From a phage, in the sequence record PX132564.1: 47,573 nt of DNA; one strand, written 5' to 3'. A program made the translations under genes and the position numbers. This document shows, piece after piece, positions 14,081-25,502 of the stretch (position 1 is its first letter; the number at the start of each line of letters is the position of its first letter). The notes under the pieces are model-generated. The model was not told the DNA's origin. It worked only from the letters and a program-made list of their open reading frames with translations, and did no database searches.

Positions 14081-14824
14081 ATGACACAGACAGAATCAGC
14101 GATTCTGGCGCACGCCCGGCGATGTGCGCCAGCGGAGTCGTGTGGCTTCGTGGTGAGAACGCCGAAGGGGGAAAGATATTTTCCCTGCGTGAATATCTCC
14201 GGTGAGCCGGAGGCGTATTTCCGGATGTCGCCGGAGGACTGGCTGCGTGCACAAATGCAGGGGGAGGTTGTGGCACTGGTCCACAGCCACCCCGGTGGTC
14301 TGCCCTGGCTGAGTGAGGCTGACAGGCGGCTGCAGGTGCAGAGTGATTTGCCGTGGTGGCTGGTCTGCCGGGGGGCGATTCACAAGTTCCGCTGTGTGCC
14401 ACATCTTACCGGGCGGCGCTTTGAGCACGGGGTGACGGACTGTTACACGCTGTTCCGGGATGCATACCATCTGGCGGAAATTGAGATGCCGGATTTTTAT
14501 CGCGGGGATGACTGGTGGCGTAACGGCCAGAATCTCTATCTTGAAAATATGGAGGCGACTGGTTTTTACCGTGTCGCACTGACAGAGGCGCAGCCGGGCG
14601 ATGTGCTGCTGTGCTGTTTTGGTTCATCGGTGCCGAATCATGCCGCCATTTACTGTGGTGATGGCGAGCTGCTGCACCATATTCCTGAACAACTGAGCAA
14701 ACGAGAGAGGTATACCGACAAATGGCAGCGACGCACACACTCCCTCTGGCGTCACCGGGCATGGCGCGCATCTGCCTTTACGGGGATTTACAACGATTTG
14801 GCCGCCGCATCGACCTTCGTGTGA
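14081..14824 (+). CDS. K: tail tip assembly protein K
   Basis: MTQTESAILAHARRCAPAESCGFVV..., lambda gpK-like; start at internal ATG of track ORF 14039-14824. Confidence 0.85.
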   Translation: MTQTESAILAHARRCAPAESCGFVVRTPKGERYFPCVNISGEPEAYFRMSPEDWLRAQMQGEVVALVHSHPGGLPWLSEADRRLQVQSDLPWWLVCRGAIHKFRCVPHLTGRRFEHGVTDCYTLFRDAYHLAEIEMPDFYRGDDWWRNGQNLYLENMEATGFYRVALTEAQPGDVLLCCFGSSVPNHAAIYCGDGELLHHIPEQLSKRERYTDKWQRRTHSLWRHRAWRASAFTGIYNDLAAASTFV

Positions 14825-15363
14825 AAACGGGGGCTGAAGCCATCCGGGCGCTGGCCACACAGCTCCCGGCGTTTCGTCAGAAACTGAGCGACGGCTGGTA
14901 TCAGGTACGGATTGCCGGGCGTGATACAGGTGAAACGGAATTATCAGCCCGTCTTAATGAACCGCTGGCAAATGGTGCTGTGATCCATATCGTGCCGCGT
15001 CTGGCAGGAGCCAAAAGTGGCGGTGTGTTTCAGGCTGTGCTGGGGGCGGCTGTTATGGCGGTTGCTATATGGATGCCGGGGGTAGGAATTATGGCGAGTA
15101 ATCTGCTGTTTTCTCTCGGTGCCAGTATGACGCTTGGCGGTGTTGCACAGATGCTGGCCCCTAAACCCAGAACCCCCCGCACACAGACAACGGATAACGG
15201 CAAACAGAACACCTATTTTTCTTCACTGGATAATATGGTTGCCCAGGGCAATGTTCTGCCCGTTCTGTACGGTGAAATGCGCGTGGGATCACGTGTGGTA
15301 TCTCAGGAGATCAGCACAGCAGATGAAGGTGATGGTGGTCAGGTTGTGGTGATTGGTCGCTGA
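14722..15363 (+). CDS. I: tail tip assembly protein I
   Basis: MAATHTLPLASPGMARICLYGDLQRFGRRIDLRV..., lambda gpI-like, overlapping K 3' end as in lambda. Confidence 0.85.
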   Translation: MAATHTLPLASPGMARICLYGDLQRFGRRIDLRVKTGAEAIRALATQLPAFRQKLSDGWYQVRIAGRDTGETELSARLNEPLANGAVIHIVPRLAGAKSGGVFQAVLGAAVMAVAIWMPGVGIMASNLLFSLGASMTLGGVAQMLAPKPRTPRTQTTDNGKQNTYFSSLDNMVAQGNVLPVLYGEMRVGSRVVSQEISTADEGDGGQVVVIGR

Positions 15364-15381
15364 TGAAAAACGTTTTATGTG

Positions 15382-15402
15382 AAACCGCCTCCGGGCGGTT
15401 TT
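15382..15402 (+). terminator. hairpin AAACCGCC-tcc-GGGCGGTTTT between I and J (likely weak or attenuating)
   Basis: Perfect GC-rich inverted repeat followed by TTTT; J lies immediately downstream. Confidence 0.35.
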
Positions 15403-15423
15403 ATCGTTTATGGAGCATGACGA

Positions 15424-18400
15424 ATGGGTAAAGGCAGCAGTAAGGGGCATACCCCGCGCGAAGCGAAGGACAACCTGAAGTCCACGCAGCTGCTGAGTGT
15501 GATCGATGCCATCAGCGAAGGGCCGGTTGAAGGTCCGGTGGATGGATTAAAAAGCGTGCTGCTGAACAGTACGCCGGTGCTGGACAGTGAGGGGAATACC
15601 AATATATCCGGCGTCACGGTGGTGTTCCGGGCCGGTGAGCAGGAGCAGTCACCGCCGGAGGGATTTGAATCCTCCGGCTCCGAGACGGTGCTGGGTACGG
15701 AAGTGAAATATGACACGCCGATCACCCGGACCATCACGTCGGCAAACATCGACCGTCTGCGCTTTACCTTCGGTGTACAGGCACTGGTGGAAACCACCTC
15801 AAAGGGAGACAGGAATCCGTCGGAAGTTCGCCTGCTGGTTCAGATACAGCGTAACGGTGGCTGGGTGACGGAAAAAGACATCACCATTAAGGGCAAAACC
15901 ACCTCGCAGTATCTGGCCTCGGTGGTGGTGGATAACCTGCCGCCGCGCCCGTTTAATATCCGGATGCGCAGGATGACGCCGGACAGCACCACAGACCAGC
16001 TGCTGAACAAAACGCTCTGGTCGTCATACACCGAAATCATCGATGTGAAACAGTGCTACCCGAACACGGCACTGGTTGGCGTGCAGGTGGACTCGGAGCA
16101 GTTCGGCAGCCAGCAGGTGAGCCGTAATTATCATCTTCGCGGGCGCATTCTGCAGGTGCCGTCGAACTATAACCCGCAGACGCGGCAATACAGCGGTATC
16201 TGGGACGGAACGTTAAAACCGGCATACAGCAACAACATGGCCTGGTGTCTGTGGGATATGCTGACCCATCCGCGCTACGGCATGGGGAAACGTCTTGGTG
16301 CGGCGGATGTGGATAAATGGGCGCTGTATGTCATCGGCCAGTACTGCGACCAGTCGGTGCCGGACGGCTTTGGCGGCACGGAGCCGCGCATTACCTGTAA
16401 TGCGTACCTGACCACACAGCGCAAGGCGTGGGATGTGCTCAGTGATTTCTGCTCGGCGATGCGCTGTATGCCGGTATGGAACGGGCAGACGCTGACGTTC
16501 GTGCAGGACCGACCATCAGATAAGGTGTGGACCTATAACCGCAGTAATGTGGTGATGCCGGATGATGGCGCGCCGTTCCGCTACAGCTTCAGCGCCCTGA
16601 AGGACCGCCATAATGCCGTTGAGGTGAACTGGATTGACCCGGATAACGGCTGGGAGACGGCGACAGAGCTCGTGGAGGATACGCAGGCCATTGCCCGTTA
16701 CGGCCGTAACGTCACGAAGATGGATGCCTTTGGCTGTACCAGCCGGGGGCAGGCACACCGCGCCGGGCTGTGGCTGATTAAAACGGAGCTGCTGGAAACG
16801 CAGACCGTGGACTTCAGCGTGGGTGCTGAAGGGCTTCGCCATGTACCGGGGGATGTCATTGAAATCTGCGATGATGACTATGCCGGTATCAGCACCGGTG
16901 GTCGTGTGCTGGCGGTGAACAGCCAGACCCGGACGCTGACGCTCGACCGTGAAATCACGCTGCCATCCTCCGGTACCACGCTGATAAGCCTGGTTGACGG
17001 AAGTGGCAATCCGGTCAGCGTGGAGGTTCAGTCCGTCACCGACGGCGTGAAGGTGAAAGTGAGCCGTGTTCCTGACGGTGTTGCTGAATACAGCGTATGG
17101 GGGCTGAAGCTGCCGACGCTGCGCCAGCGACTGTTCCGCTGCGTGAGTATCCGTGAAAACGACGACGGCACGTATGCCATCACCGCCGTGCAGCATGTGC
17201 CGGAAAAAGAGACCATCGTGGATAACGGGGCGCACTTTGACGGCGAACAGAGTGGCACGGTGAATGGTGTCACGCCGCCCGCGGTGCAGCACCTGACCGC
17301 AGAAGTCACCGCAGACAGCGGGGAATATCAGGTGCTGGCGCGATGGGACACACCGAAGGTGGTGAAGGGGGTGAGCTTTATGCTTCGCCTGACCGTGGCA
17401 GCGGATGACGGCAGTGAGCGGCTGGTCAGCACGGCCAGGACGACGGAAACCACATACCGCTTCAGGCAACTGGCGCTGGGGAACTACAGGCTGACAGTCC
17501 GGGCGGTAAATGCGTGGGGGCAGCAGGGGGATCCGGCGTCGGTATCGTTCCGGATTGCCGCACCGGCAGCGCCATCGCGGATTGAGCTGACGCCGGGCTA
17601 TTTTCAGATAACCGCAACGCCGCATCTTGCCGTTTATGATCCGACGGTACAGTTTGAGTTCTGGTTCTCGGAAAAGCGGATTGCGGATATCAGGCAGGTT
17701 GAAGCCAGCGCGCGTTATCTTGGTACGGCGCTGTACTGGATAGCCGCCAGTATCAATATCAAACCGGGCCATGATTATTATTTTTACATTCGCAGTGTGA
17801 ACACCGTTGGCAAATCGGCATTTGTGGAGGCTGTTGGCCAGCCGAGTGATGATGCATCCGGCTATCTGGATTTTTTCAAAGGAGAGATAGGGAAAACCCA
17901 TCTGGCTCAGGAGTTGTGGACGCAGATTGATAACGGTCAGCTTGCGCCTGACCTGGCTGAAATCAGGACGTCCATTACGGATGTCAGCAATGAAATCACG
18001 CAGACCGTCAATAAGAAACTGGAAGACCAGAGTGCAGCGATCCAGCAGATACAGAAGGTTCAGGTTGATACAAATAATAACCTGAACAGCATGTGGGCTG
18101 TGAAGCTGCAGCAGATGCAGGACGGACGCCTTTATATCGCGGGTATTGGTGCCGGTATTGAGAATACCCCTGACGGTATGCAGAGTCAGGTGCTGCTGGC
18201 GGCGGACAGGATTGCGATGATTAATCCTGCGAATGGCAATACAAAGCCGATGTTTGTTGGGCAGGGCGATCAGATATTCATGAACGAAGTGTTCCTGAAA
18301 TATCTGACGGCTCCCACCATTACCAGCGGTGGCAATCCCCCAACGTTTTCACTGACACCTGATGGTCGACTTTCTGCGAGAAATGCGGATATCAGCGGTA

Positions 18401-18906
18401 ACGTGAATGCGAACTCCGGGACGCTCAATAATGTCACGATTAACCAGAACTGTCGGATTCTGGGAAAACTGTCAGCTAACCAGATTGAAGGTGATATTGT
18501 CAAAACGGTGGGAAAAGCCTTTCCGAGAAATGGCAGTTATGCCAGCGGTACAATAACGGTCACTGTGTACGATGACCAGGCTTTTGACCGTCAGATAGTC
18601 GTCCCCCCCGTTCTGTTTCGCGGTGGTAAGCATGAAAACTTCAACAGCAACAACCAACAGTCATACTGGTATTCAACCTGTAAGCTGCAGGTGCTGAAGA
18701 ACGGACAGGAAATCTTTCAGCAACCCGCGACGGATGTCAGCAGGGTATTTTCATCAGTCATTGATATGCCTGCCGGACACGGCCATGTCACCCTGACTTT
18801 CAATGTTTCTTCATATGGTGCAAATAACTGGACGCCAACGACCAGTATCAGCGACCTTCTTGTTGTCGTGATGAAGAAATCAACAGCCGGCATCAGTATC
18901 AGTTGA
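15424..18906 (+). CDS. J: central tail fibre / host specificity protein J
   Basis: 1160-aa ORF, lambda gpJ-like N-terminal and central regions; C-terminal receptor-binding part not verified. Confidence 0.93.
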   Translation: MGKGSSKGHTPREAKDNLKSTQLLSVIDAISEGPVEGPVDGLKSVLLNSTPVLDSEGNTNISGVTVVFRAGEQEQSPPEGFESSGSETVLGTEVKYDTPITRTITSANIDRLRFTFGVQALVETTSKGDRNPSEVRLLVQIQRNGGWVTEKDITIKGKTTSQYLASVVVDNLPPRPFNIRMRRMTPDSTTDQLLNKTLWSSYTEIIDVKQCYPNTALVGVQVDSEQFGSQQVSRNYHLRGRILQVPSNYNPQTRQYSGIWDGTLKPAYSNNMAWCLWDMLTHPRYGMGKRLGAADVDKWALYVIGQYCDQSVPDGFGGTEPRITCNAYLTTQRKAWDVLSDFCSAMRCMPVWNGQTLTFVQDRPSDKVWTYNRSNVVMPDDGAPFRYSFSALKDRHNAVEVNWIDPDNGWETATELVEDTQAIARYGRNVTKMDAFGCTSRGQAHRAGLWLIKTELLETQTVDFSVGAEGLRHVPGDVIEICDDDYAGISTGGRVLAVNSQTRTLTLDREITLPSSGTTLISLVDGSGNPVSVEVQSVTDGVKVKVSRVPDGVAEYSVWGLKLPTLRQRLFRCVSIRENDDGTYAITAVQHVPEKETIVDNGAHFDGEQSGTVNGVTPPAVQHLTAEVTADSGEYQVLARWDTPKVVKGVSFMLRLTVAADDGSERLVSTARTTETTYRFRQLALGNYRLTVRAVNAWGQQGDPASVSFRIAAPAAPSRIELTPGYFQITATPHLAVYDPTVQFEFWFSEKRIADIRQVEASARYLGTALYWIAASINIKPGHDYYFYIRSVNTVGKSAFVEAVGQPSDDASGYLDFFKGEIGKTHLAQELWTQIDNGQLAPDLAEIRTSITDVSNEITQTVNKKLEDQSAAIQQIQKVQVDTNNNLNSMWAVKLQQMQDGRLYIAGIGAGIENTPDGMQSQVLLAADRIAMINPANGNTKPMFVGQGDQIFMNEVFLKYLTAPTITSGGNPPTFSLTPDGRLSARNADISGNVNANSGTLNNVTINQNCRILGKLSANQIEGDIVKTVGKAFPRNGSYASGTITVTVYDDQAFDRQIVVPPVLFRGGKHENFNSNNQQSYWYSTCKLQVLKNGQEIFQQPATDVSRVFSSVIDMPAGHGHVTLTFNVSSYGANNWTPTTSISDLLVVVMKKSTAGISIS

Positions 18907-18926
18907 ATTTTAAAACCCAAATTCGG

Positions 18927-18951
18927 GCACCAGAAATGGTGCCTTTTTTAT
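18927..18951 (+). terminator. rho-independent terminator after J
   Basis: GGCACC-agaaat-GGTGCC followed by TTTTTTA. Confidence 0.6.
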
Positions 18952-18958
18952 TTGTGGA

Positions 18959-20986
18959 GTGAATATGGCAGTACAGATTTCAGGTGTGCTGAAAGACGGT
19001 GCAGGAAAACCGATACAGAACTGCACCATTCAGCTCAAAGCAAAACGTAACAGCACCACAGTTGTGGTGAACACGGTGGCCTCAGAAAATCCGGATGAAG
19101 CCGGACGTTACAGCATGGATGTTGAGTATGGCCAGTACAGCGTCGCCCTGCTGGTTGAAGGTTTTCCGCCTTCACATGCCGGGACCATCACCGTGTATGA
19201 GGATTCTAAGCCGGGGACATTGAATGATTTTCTGGGCGCTGCAACAGAAGATGATGTTTGTCCGGAGGCACTGTATCGTTTTGAAAAGATGGTGGAAGAG
19301 GCGGCACGCAACGCTGAAGCCGCCTCTCAGAGCGCAGCGGCAGCAAAGAAATCAGAAACAGCAGCGGCATCGTCCAGGAACGCGGCGAAAACATCAGAGA
19401 CGAATGCAGGTAACAGCGCGAAAGCGGCAGCTTCTTCAAAAACAGCCGCACAAAACGCAGCAACAGCGGCAGAACGTTCAGAGACAAATGCCCGTGCGTC
19501 AGAAGAAGCCTCCGCAGACAGTGAAGAGGCTTCCCGCCGTAATGCAGAGTCAGCCGCTGAAAATGCCGGAGTCGCCACCACAAAAGCGCGGGAGGCCGCA
19601 GCAGACGCAACAAAGGCCGGGCAGAAAAAGGATGAGGCTCTGTCGGCAGCGACACGAGCTGAAAAGGCGGCAGACCGCGCAGAAGCCGCAGCGGAAGTGA
19701 CTGCAGAGCCCTGTGCGAATATAGTGCCGCCGCTGCCTGATGTGTGGATACCGTTTAACGATTCACTGGATATGATTACGGGTTTTTCGCCATCTTATAA
19801 AAAGATAGTTATTGGTGACGATGAAATAACAATGCCAGGCGACAAGATTGTTAAGTTTAAACGTGCTTCAACAGCAACGTATATTAATAAGTCCGGCCAA
19901 CTCAAGCTTGCTGAAGTTGACGAACCGCGATTTGAGCGCGATGGCTTATTGATTGAAGGACAGAGGACAAATTATCTGAGGAACTCAAATAAACCAGACT
20001 CATGGACTGTTCATTCCGCACTGAATAAAACATTTGGCACTGATAAACAGGGGTTCAATTATGCCACGGTGACACCCACGGAAAGTATAGTGGGAACAAC
20101 AGGTGGCTATACTGTGCATGGTGTGGTTGCAGCAGACAGATTCCCGCTGGCAAGTGGTGAATGTTTCACTTTTTCGTGCCGGGTTAAAGGCGCTAAAGCA
20201 CGATGCAGGTTAAGAGTTTCAGTTATTATTGGTGGAACAGATACCTTCTCTGCTGACTCTTATCTTGATCTGGATACCCGGATCGCAACAGTAAGCGGTA
20301 ATACATCCCTTATAACAGCCAAAGCTGAACAACAGGGCGAGTGGACCTACTATGAGGCCACTTATACAGCTAATACGGACATTGATACCGTTAACTGTGC
20401 TTTTTATATGACAAATAAAATAAGTAATGAGACATTCTATGATGACTCAACATTAACCATGACGACGCCGCAAATTGAACTGGGCAATACGGCATCGTCA
20501 TTTATTGTAACTACAATGCCAACAACACGCGCAAGTGATGTAGTTACTATCCCATCGCAGAATAACCTGTCAACACGGCCTTTTACGGTATTGTGCGAAG
20601 TAAGCAGGAACTGGAGTACACCGCCCAATGTTGCGCCAAGGATATTTGATGTTGGAGGGCACAGTATTGATGATAATTATTTATCGCTGGGGTTTGTTGC
20701 AACAGGAAAGATAAGCGCCAACGTAGGAATGGTTCAGCCACAAATTGCCTCAGATGGAGAAAGGTTCATTGTGGGTGTGAGAGCTAAATCTGATTTATCA
20801 GTAAATGCAATATGCAATGGTAATTATACAACAAACCTTAATGGTAAAATATTTGGAGTTACAGCAACATCGTACCGGTTTGGTGGGCAGACCGCAGCAG
20901 GAACGCGTCATTTGTTTGGACACATCAGAAATTTCAGAGTCTGGTTTAAAGAATTAAATGACAGGCAAATCAAGGAGGCAGTATGA
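18959..20986 (+). CDS. stf: side tail fibre protein: lambda Stf-like N-terminus plus Ala/Ser-rich repeat shaft plus unrelated AT-rich C-terminal distal domain
   Basis: First ~110 aa MAVQISGVLKDGAGKPIQNCTIQLKAKRNSTTVVVNTVASENPDEAGRYSMDVEYGQYSV... resemble lambda Stf; distal ~400 aa are AT-rich and not lambda-like. Confidence 0.8.
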   Translation: MNMAVQISGVLKDGAGKPIQNCTIQLKAKRNSTTVVVNTVASENPDEAGRYSMDVEYGQYSVALLVEGFPPSHAGTITVYEDSKPGTLNDFLGAATEDDVCPEALYRFEKMVEEAARNAEAASQSAAAAKKSETAAASSRNAAKTSETNAGNSAKAAASSKTAAQNAATAAERSETNARASEEASADSEEASRRNAESAAENAGVATTKAREAAADATKAGQKKDEALSAATRAEKAADRAEAAAEVTAEPCANIVPPLPDVWIPFNDSLDMITGFSPSYKKIVIGDDEITMPGDKIVKFKRASTATYINKSGQLKLAEVDEPRFERDGLLIEGQRTNYLRNSNKPDSWTVHSALNKTFGTDKQGFNYATVTPTESIVGTTGGYTVHGVVAADRFPLASGECFTFSCRVKGAKARCRLRVSVIIGGTDTFSADSYLDLDTRIATVSGNTSLITAKAEQQGEWTYYEATYTANTDIDTVNCAFYMTNKISNETFYDDSTLTMTTPQIELGNTASSFIVTTMPTTRASDVVTIPSQNNLSTRPFTVLCEVSRNWSTPPNVAPRIFDVGGHSIDDNYLSLGFVATGKISANVGMVQPQIASDGERFIVGVRAKSDLSVNAICNGNYTTNLNGKIFGVTATSYRFGGQTAAGTRHLFGHIRNFRVWFKELNDRQIKEAV

Positions 20987-21261
20987 AAGATTTAACTTTG
21001 AAATTTCCTGGTAACAGAGAGTTTAAATCCTTCCTGTCATCTCTTGACTGGGAGGAGGATGAAGACCTCCAGAATAAACTGTTAGTCGATGAAATTGGTT
21101 TCACCTACACAGAAACAGGGGTAACAGAAGAGGGAGAACCTGTCTGTGTCCGGAATGACGGTTATTTTGTCAACATTCGCATTCTTGATGACTTGTTTGA
21201 TGTTTCTGTATTCTCTGATTATGTCGTGGAGCTGGAAACACCGCTTCGGGAATGGAGCTGA
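20983..21261 (+). CDS. hypothetical acidic 92-aa protein, translationally coupled to stf (possible fibre assembly factor)
   Basis: ATGA stop/start overlap with stf; no family recognised. Confidence 0.4.
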   Translation: MKDLTLKFPGNREFKSFLSSLDWEEDEDLQNKLLVDEIGFTYTETGVTEEGEPVCVRNDGYFVNIRILDDLFDVSVFSDYVVELETPLREWS

Positions 21262-21273
21262 AAGGAGGAAATA

Positions 21274-21567
21274 ATGGATATAAGCCCCTTACTTCATGCA
21301 CTTTGTGCTGTGGCTGCGCAGATACTGGTTGGTCTTTTTACCGGAAACTGGGCTTACGGAGCGATAGCCGGTTGTACGTTCTTCATTGCGCGTGAACATA
21401 CCCAGGCAGAATATCGCTGGATTGAAATGTTCGGGCATGGCAAGCGAATGAATATGCCGTGGTGGGGCGGTTTTGATCCGCGAGCTTGGGATGTGGCAAG
21501 CCTGATGGATTTTGCTGTGCCGGTGGTGGCGTGTCTGCTGGTCTGGCTGTTGGTTAATCGTGGGTGA
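21274..21567 (+). CDS. hypothetical small membrane protein (about 3 predicted helices)
   Basis: 97-aa ORF with hydrophobic segments AVAAQILVGLFTG, AIAGCTFFIA, FAVPVVACLLVWLLV; RBS-like AGGAGG upstream. Confidence 0.4.
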   Translation: MDISPLLHALCAVAAQILVGLFTGNWAYGAIAGCTFFIAREHTQAEYRWIEMFGHGKRMNMPWWGGFDPRAWDVASLMDFAVPVVACLLVWLLVNRG

Positions 21568-21658
21568 AAAAAGGTGAGCTGTATATGCAACGGAGGAAGA
21601 AACCCCGTTGCTGGAAGCCAGGAAAAAGTATCGGGTGTTGCTGTCCTCGGATGTTGTG

Positions 21659-22516
21659 CTAATTGGGTGATAACAGATCCTGTGTATGGGAGTTTCCCTT
21701 TTTGCGTGCGTTGATGCTGGTAACGGCAAACGTCATGATGAACAAAACCGCGAATAAGACGACAATCGTCGGAGCTGGTGCGCTGTCGATAAAAAAGGAC
21801 AACCAGACACCAGTCATTGACACTATTACCGATATGCCAGTCGCCAGTAGGAGCGCAATATGAAAGCGTTGTGTCAGGAGTACCGCAATGGCGCCAGGCG
21901 CAATGAGCAGAGAAATGGAGAGAATGATACCTACCGCTTTCAGCGTCGCCACAATGGTCAGAGAGACCATGCACAGCAGCCCATAATGCAGCCATCTCGT
22001 ATGCAAACCGCTTACCTGCGCCTGTTGATAATCAAAGCTGAACAGCAAAAAATCCCGCCATTTTACGCTAATAACAAGTGTAACCAGCCCGGCAATAATC
22101 ATCGTCTGGATTATATCGCCGATGGTTATCCCGAGCATGTCGCCGAAAAGAATATGGTCAAGATGTACGTCTGGTTTGACTGCAATATACAAGATCAGAC
22201 CTGCGGCAAACATGCCAGAAAAAACAATCCCCATCACTGTATCTTGCTTGATTCGGCTGTTGTCTTTCAGGTATCCCGTCGCCACCGCACAGAATACTCC
22301 GGCGACGAATGCCCCTGTAGCCAAAGGTAACCCCAGAATCCAGGCAAGCACGATGCCAGGAAAAACCGCATGACTCATCGCGTCACCCATCAGTGCCCAA
22401 CCTTTCAGGACCAGAAAGACCGACAGCAGCGCACAGGGTATGGAAACTACCAGTGAAATCAGCAGTGCGTGACTCATAAAGGTGAACTGCAGTGGCTCCA
22501 GTAATAATGCCATCAT
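21659..22516 (-). CDS. sitD: Mn/Fe ABC transporter permease SitD
   Basis: 285-aa polytopic membrane protein, last gene of a four-gene binding protein/ATPase/permease/permease operon. Confidence 0.85.
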   Translation of the reverse strand: MMALLLEPLQFTFMSHALLISLVVSIPCALLSVFLVLKGWALMGDAMSHAVFPGIVLAWILGLPLATGAFVAGVFCAVATGYLKDNSRIKQDTVMGIVFSGMFAAGLILYIAVKPDVHLDHILFGDMLGITIGDIIQTMIIAGLVTLVISVKWRDFLLFSFDYQQAQVSGLHTRWLHYGLLCMVSLTIVATLKAVGIILSISLLIAPGAIAVLLTQRFHIALLLATGISVIVSMTGVWLSFFIDSAPAPTIVVLFAVLFIMTFAVTSINARKKGNSHTQDLLSPN

Positions 22517-23370
22517 GAGCGATCCTCCAGCGCCTTATGCGCACGCCGACGATTTGCCAAAAGCCCATGGGTGGGCGCAAAGACAAATGCTAAAAGAAAC
22601 AGCAGTGTCTGCGCCACCACGATGATTCCACCTGTCGCGCCGTCCAGAAAGTAACTGACCCACGCGCCGAGGAAACTGGTTACACTGCCAATAGTTACAG
22701 CAATCATGAGCAGGCGGGGAAAACGATCGGTTAACAACCATGCTGTTGCACCGGGAGTCACCACCAGACAGATCACCAGAAAGGCACCAACCGTTTGCAG
22801 CGCCGCAACGGTCGAAACCGACAGCAGGGTGAAGAAGAGGAGTTTTAATCTGCCCGGATGCAATCCAATAGCACGGGCGTGATTCTCGTCGAAAAAGGTC
22901 ACCATAAGATCTTTCCATTTGAAAAAAAGCACGATGATCGAGAGAATGCCAATGATAGTGAGTTGCAGGATATCCGCCGGATCGATTGCCAGAATATTGC
23001 CCAGGACGATGGTCTGAATGTTCACAGATGTCGGGTTCAATGACACCATAAACAGCCCCAGGCCAAAAAAGGACGAGAAGATCAGACCGATGATGGCATC
23101 TTCTTTTAAGCGGGTGCGTTGGTTAAGAAACAGCATGCTGCCCGCAGCCAGTCCGCCGGAAAAGAAGGCTCCCAGAGAAAACGGAAGCCCCAGCATATAT
23201 GCCCCCGCAACACCCGGGACAATAGAGTGCGACAACGCATCGCCAATCAGCGACCAGCCTTTTAGCATCAGATAGCATGACAGGAAAGCGCAGAGACCGC
23301 CGACCATCGCCGAGACCCACATCGCATTGAGCATATATTCATAGCTGAAGGGTTCCAGTAGCACGTTCAT
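22513..23370 (-). CDS. sitC: Mn/Fe ABC transporter permease SitC
   Basis: 285-aa polytopic membrane protein, paralogous to the adjacent permease. Confidence 0.85.
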   Translation of the reverse strand: MNVLLEPFSYEYMLNAMWVSAMVGGLCAFLSCYLMLKGWSLIGDALSHSIVPGVAGAYMLGLPFSLGAFFSGGLAAGSMLFLNQRTRLKEDAIIGLIFSSFFGLGLFMVSLNPTSVNIQTIVLGNILAIDPADILQLTIIGILSIIVLFFKWKDLMVTFFDENHARAIGLHPGRLKLLFFTLLSVSTVAALQTVGAFLVICLVVTPGATAWLLTDRFPRLLMIAVTIGSVTSFLGAWVSYFLDGATGGIIVVAQTLLFLLAFVFAPTHGLLANRRRAHKALEDRS

Positions 23371-24194
23371 CTTTCTTCCCTCTGCACCGCTGACGGTCGA
23401 TGAGCCACAAAAGGGCGTTCATCGTCAGTAATAATGCTTTCTTCCGAGCCGTTAAGTGTGACATGGCGCAGTACGCCGCTAAAAGCCAGCTCTAGGTTCT
23501 CGGCTGTAAAAGTGGTGTCTGTCGGCCCGCTTGCCAGGACGGTGCCTTTGACCATGACCGTATAATCGCAAAATGTCGTGACGGATCCGAGATTGTGTGT
23601 TGAGACAAGCATCGTTTTGCCTTCCGCGCGTAACTCCCTCAACAGGCTGATGATTTTGGCTTCGGTTTTCACATCAACGCCAGTAAAAGGTTCATCCAGC
23701 AGGATCACATCACCCTGCTGTGCAATCGCTCTCGCCAGAAAGACGCGTTTCTTTTGTCCACCGGAAAGCTCGCCGATTTGTCGATGGCGAAAATTCACCA
23801 TATCGACACGTTCCAGCGCATCGGTGACAATTTGACGATCCCTCTTTTTGGCGATACGCAACATACCCATATGCCCATAGCGGCCCATCATCACCACATC
23901 TTCCACCAGTACAGGAAATGACCAGTCAACATCTTCTGACTGAGGGACGTAGGCAACCAGGTTTTTCTGTAACGCCTGTCGCGTGGGAATACCCAGAACA
24001 GATATCTTTCCGCTGGTCAGACGCACAAATCCCATAATCGCTTTAAACAACGTCGATTTTCCGGAACCGTTTACCCCAACCAGAGCGGCAATAGATCCAC
24101 TTGGTACTGTGAAGGATGCATCGCGCAGTGCTGTGTGCCCGTTACGCCAGGTGACAGTAACATCATTAACGACAATGCCTGCAGATTGCATCAT
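23367..24194 (-). CDS. sitB: Mn/Fe ABC transporter ATP-binding protein SitB
   Basis: Walker [13 protein letters not shown] signature LSGGQKKR, Walker B ILLDEP. Confidence 0.9.
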   Translation of the reverse strand: MMQSAGIVVNDVTVTWRNGHTALRDASFTVPSGSIAALVGVNGSGKSTLFKAIMGFVRLTSGKISVLGIPTRQALQKNLVAYVPQSEDVDWSFPVLVEDVVMMGRYGHMGMLRIAKKRDRQIVTDALERVDMVNFRHRQIGELSGGQKKRVFLARAIAQQGDVILLDEPFTGVDVKTEAKIISLLRELRAEGKTMLVSTHNLGSVTTFCDYTVMVKGTVLASGPTDTTFTAENLELAFSGVLRHVTLNGSEESIITDDERPFVAHRPSAVQREER

Positions 24195-25108
24195 TATTTC
24201 TCCCTTTTCCCAGCTTTAATTCCCTGTACCAGCGTACTGGTAGTAACCTTAAGAAGGTCGATATACGTCGGTACCGGGCCGTTTTCTGTGCTCAGGGAAT
24301 CGACATAGAGCACACCGCCGTAGTGTGCGCCGGTTTCACGCGCAACCTGACGCGCTGGTTTATCGGAAATCGTACTCTCGCTAAAGACTGCCGGGATATG
24401 ATTTTTCTTAACTATATCAACAACCTTACGTACCTGCTGCGGTGTTCCTTGTTGATCGGCATTAATCGGCCACAGATAAAGCTCTTTTAGCCCCAAATCG
24501 CGTGCGAGATAAGAAAAAGCCCCTTCACTGGTGACCATCCATCGCTGATTCTCAGGGAGTTCCGTAATCTGCTTACGCAGGGGGGCAAGGGTTTGGGTAA
24601 TCTTGGCTTTATAAGTATCGGCATTGCGTTGGTAGGTTTGTGCATTTGCCGGATCGTATTTTATCAACGCATCACGAATATTATCGACGTAAATCAGAGC
24701 ATTATCTGGCGACATCCATGCATGGGGGTTAGGTTTGCCCTCATAGGGTCCTTCGGTGATCCCTACAGGCGTCACACCCGAAGAGACAATTACTTCTGGA
24801 ACCCCATTGAGATGCTGGTAAAAGCGTTGGAACCACAATTCCAGATTCATACCATTGGCGAGAATCAGTTGTGCCCCCTGCGCACGTTTAATATCGCCAG
24901 GGGTAGGCTGATACTCATGAATTTCTGCACCAGGCTTGGTTATGGATGAGACTTCTGCAGCATCTCCCGCCACGTTTTTGGCCATATCCGCGATGATGGT
25001 AAATGTTGTAATGACCTTGAATTTTTCAGTTGCACTTGCCTGAAATGCGATCGAGCAGGTGAGTGCGAGCCCCCCCAAGAGCATGGTTACTTTTTTTATC
25101 GAGTGCAT
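24194..25108 (-). CDS. sitA: periplasmic Mn/Fe-binding protein SitA
   Basis: 304-aa protein with signal peptide [26 protein letters not shown] and metal-binding-protein-like body. Confidence 0.9.
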   Translation of the reverse strand: MHSIKKVTMLLGGLALTCSIAFQASATEKFKVITTFTIIADMAKNVAGDAAEVSSITKPGAEIHEYQPTPGDIKRAQGAQLILANGMNLELWFQRFYQHLNGVPEVIVSSGVTPVGITEGPYEGKPNPHAWMSPDNALIYVDNIRDALIKYDPANAQTYQRNADTYKAKITQTLAPLRKQITELPENQRWMVTSEGAFSYLARDLGLKELYLWPINADQQGTPQQVRKVVDIVKKNHIPAVFSESTISDKPARQVARETGAHYGGVLYVDSLSTENGPVPTYIDLLKVTTSTLVQGIKAGKREK

Positions 25109-25140
25109 AATTTAGTACCTATAGTGAGCAAAATTAGAAC

Positions 25141-25163
25141 AAATATAGCAACGGCTATGTTTT
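25141..25163 (-). promoter_or_regulatory. MntR-box-like palindrome upstream of sitA
   Basis: AAATATAGCAACGGCTATGTTTT contains the inverted repeat ATAGC-N4-GCTAT, close to the MntR box AAACATAGC...GCTATGTTT as I recall it. Confidence 0.5.
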
Positions 25164-25184
25164 ATAGCACAGCCTATACAAAAT

Positions 25185-25203
25185 GAAAATGATTATCATT
25201 AGC
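25185..25203 (-). promoter_or_regulatory. Fur-box-like sequence upstream of sitA
   Basis: GAAAATGATTATCATTAGC matches about 16 of 19 positions of GATAATGATAATCATTATC. Confidence 0.5.
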
Positions 25204-25502
25204 AGCTTTGAGGCCCAAAACAGGGATTAGGTTGTTTCCTGCTGGCGACGCGTTATTGAGGAAAAAAGTAAGGCAGCTAGTAGGCTTTGAAATAACGTTT
25301 TGCGGTTGGCTGATGCAATTTCGAGAGTGCATGTATTGAATGATTTCTAGCCGTTACTGATTTTCGTATTTTTTGTATGGGAGGATTTGCACCTCCCCCC
25401 ACCGAGCCTCCATGACTTTACTCCACTGTCTCTAGGGCTGCTGTGTGCCAGGAGCGGAAGCAGGGGGGCCAGAGACTCCTTAAAAGTTGATAGCTCGTTT
25501 TG

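Noticed and set aside
16516-17901. 461-aa minus-strand ORF inside J
   Set aside because: Antisense to a conserved lambda J sequence; long antisense ORFs are common in GC-rich coding DNA.
19206-19700. Arg/Gln/Pro-rich ORFs on both strands (19224-19700 plus, 19206-19655 minus, 19327-19581 minus) in the stf shaft
   Set aside because: Out-of-frame or antisense translations of the Ala/Ser-rich repeat coding region of stf; low-complexity artefacts.
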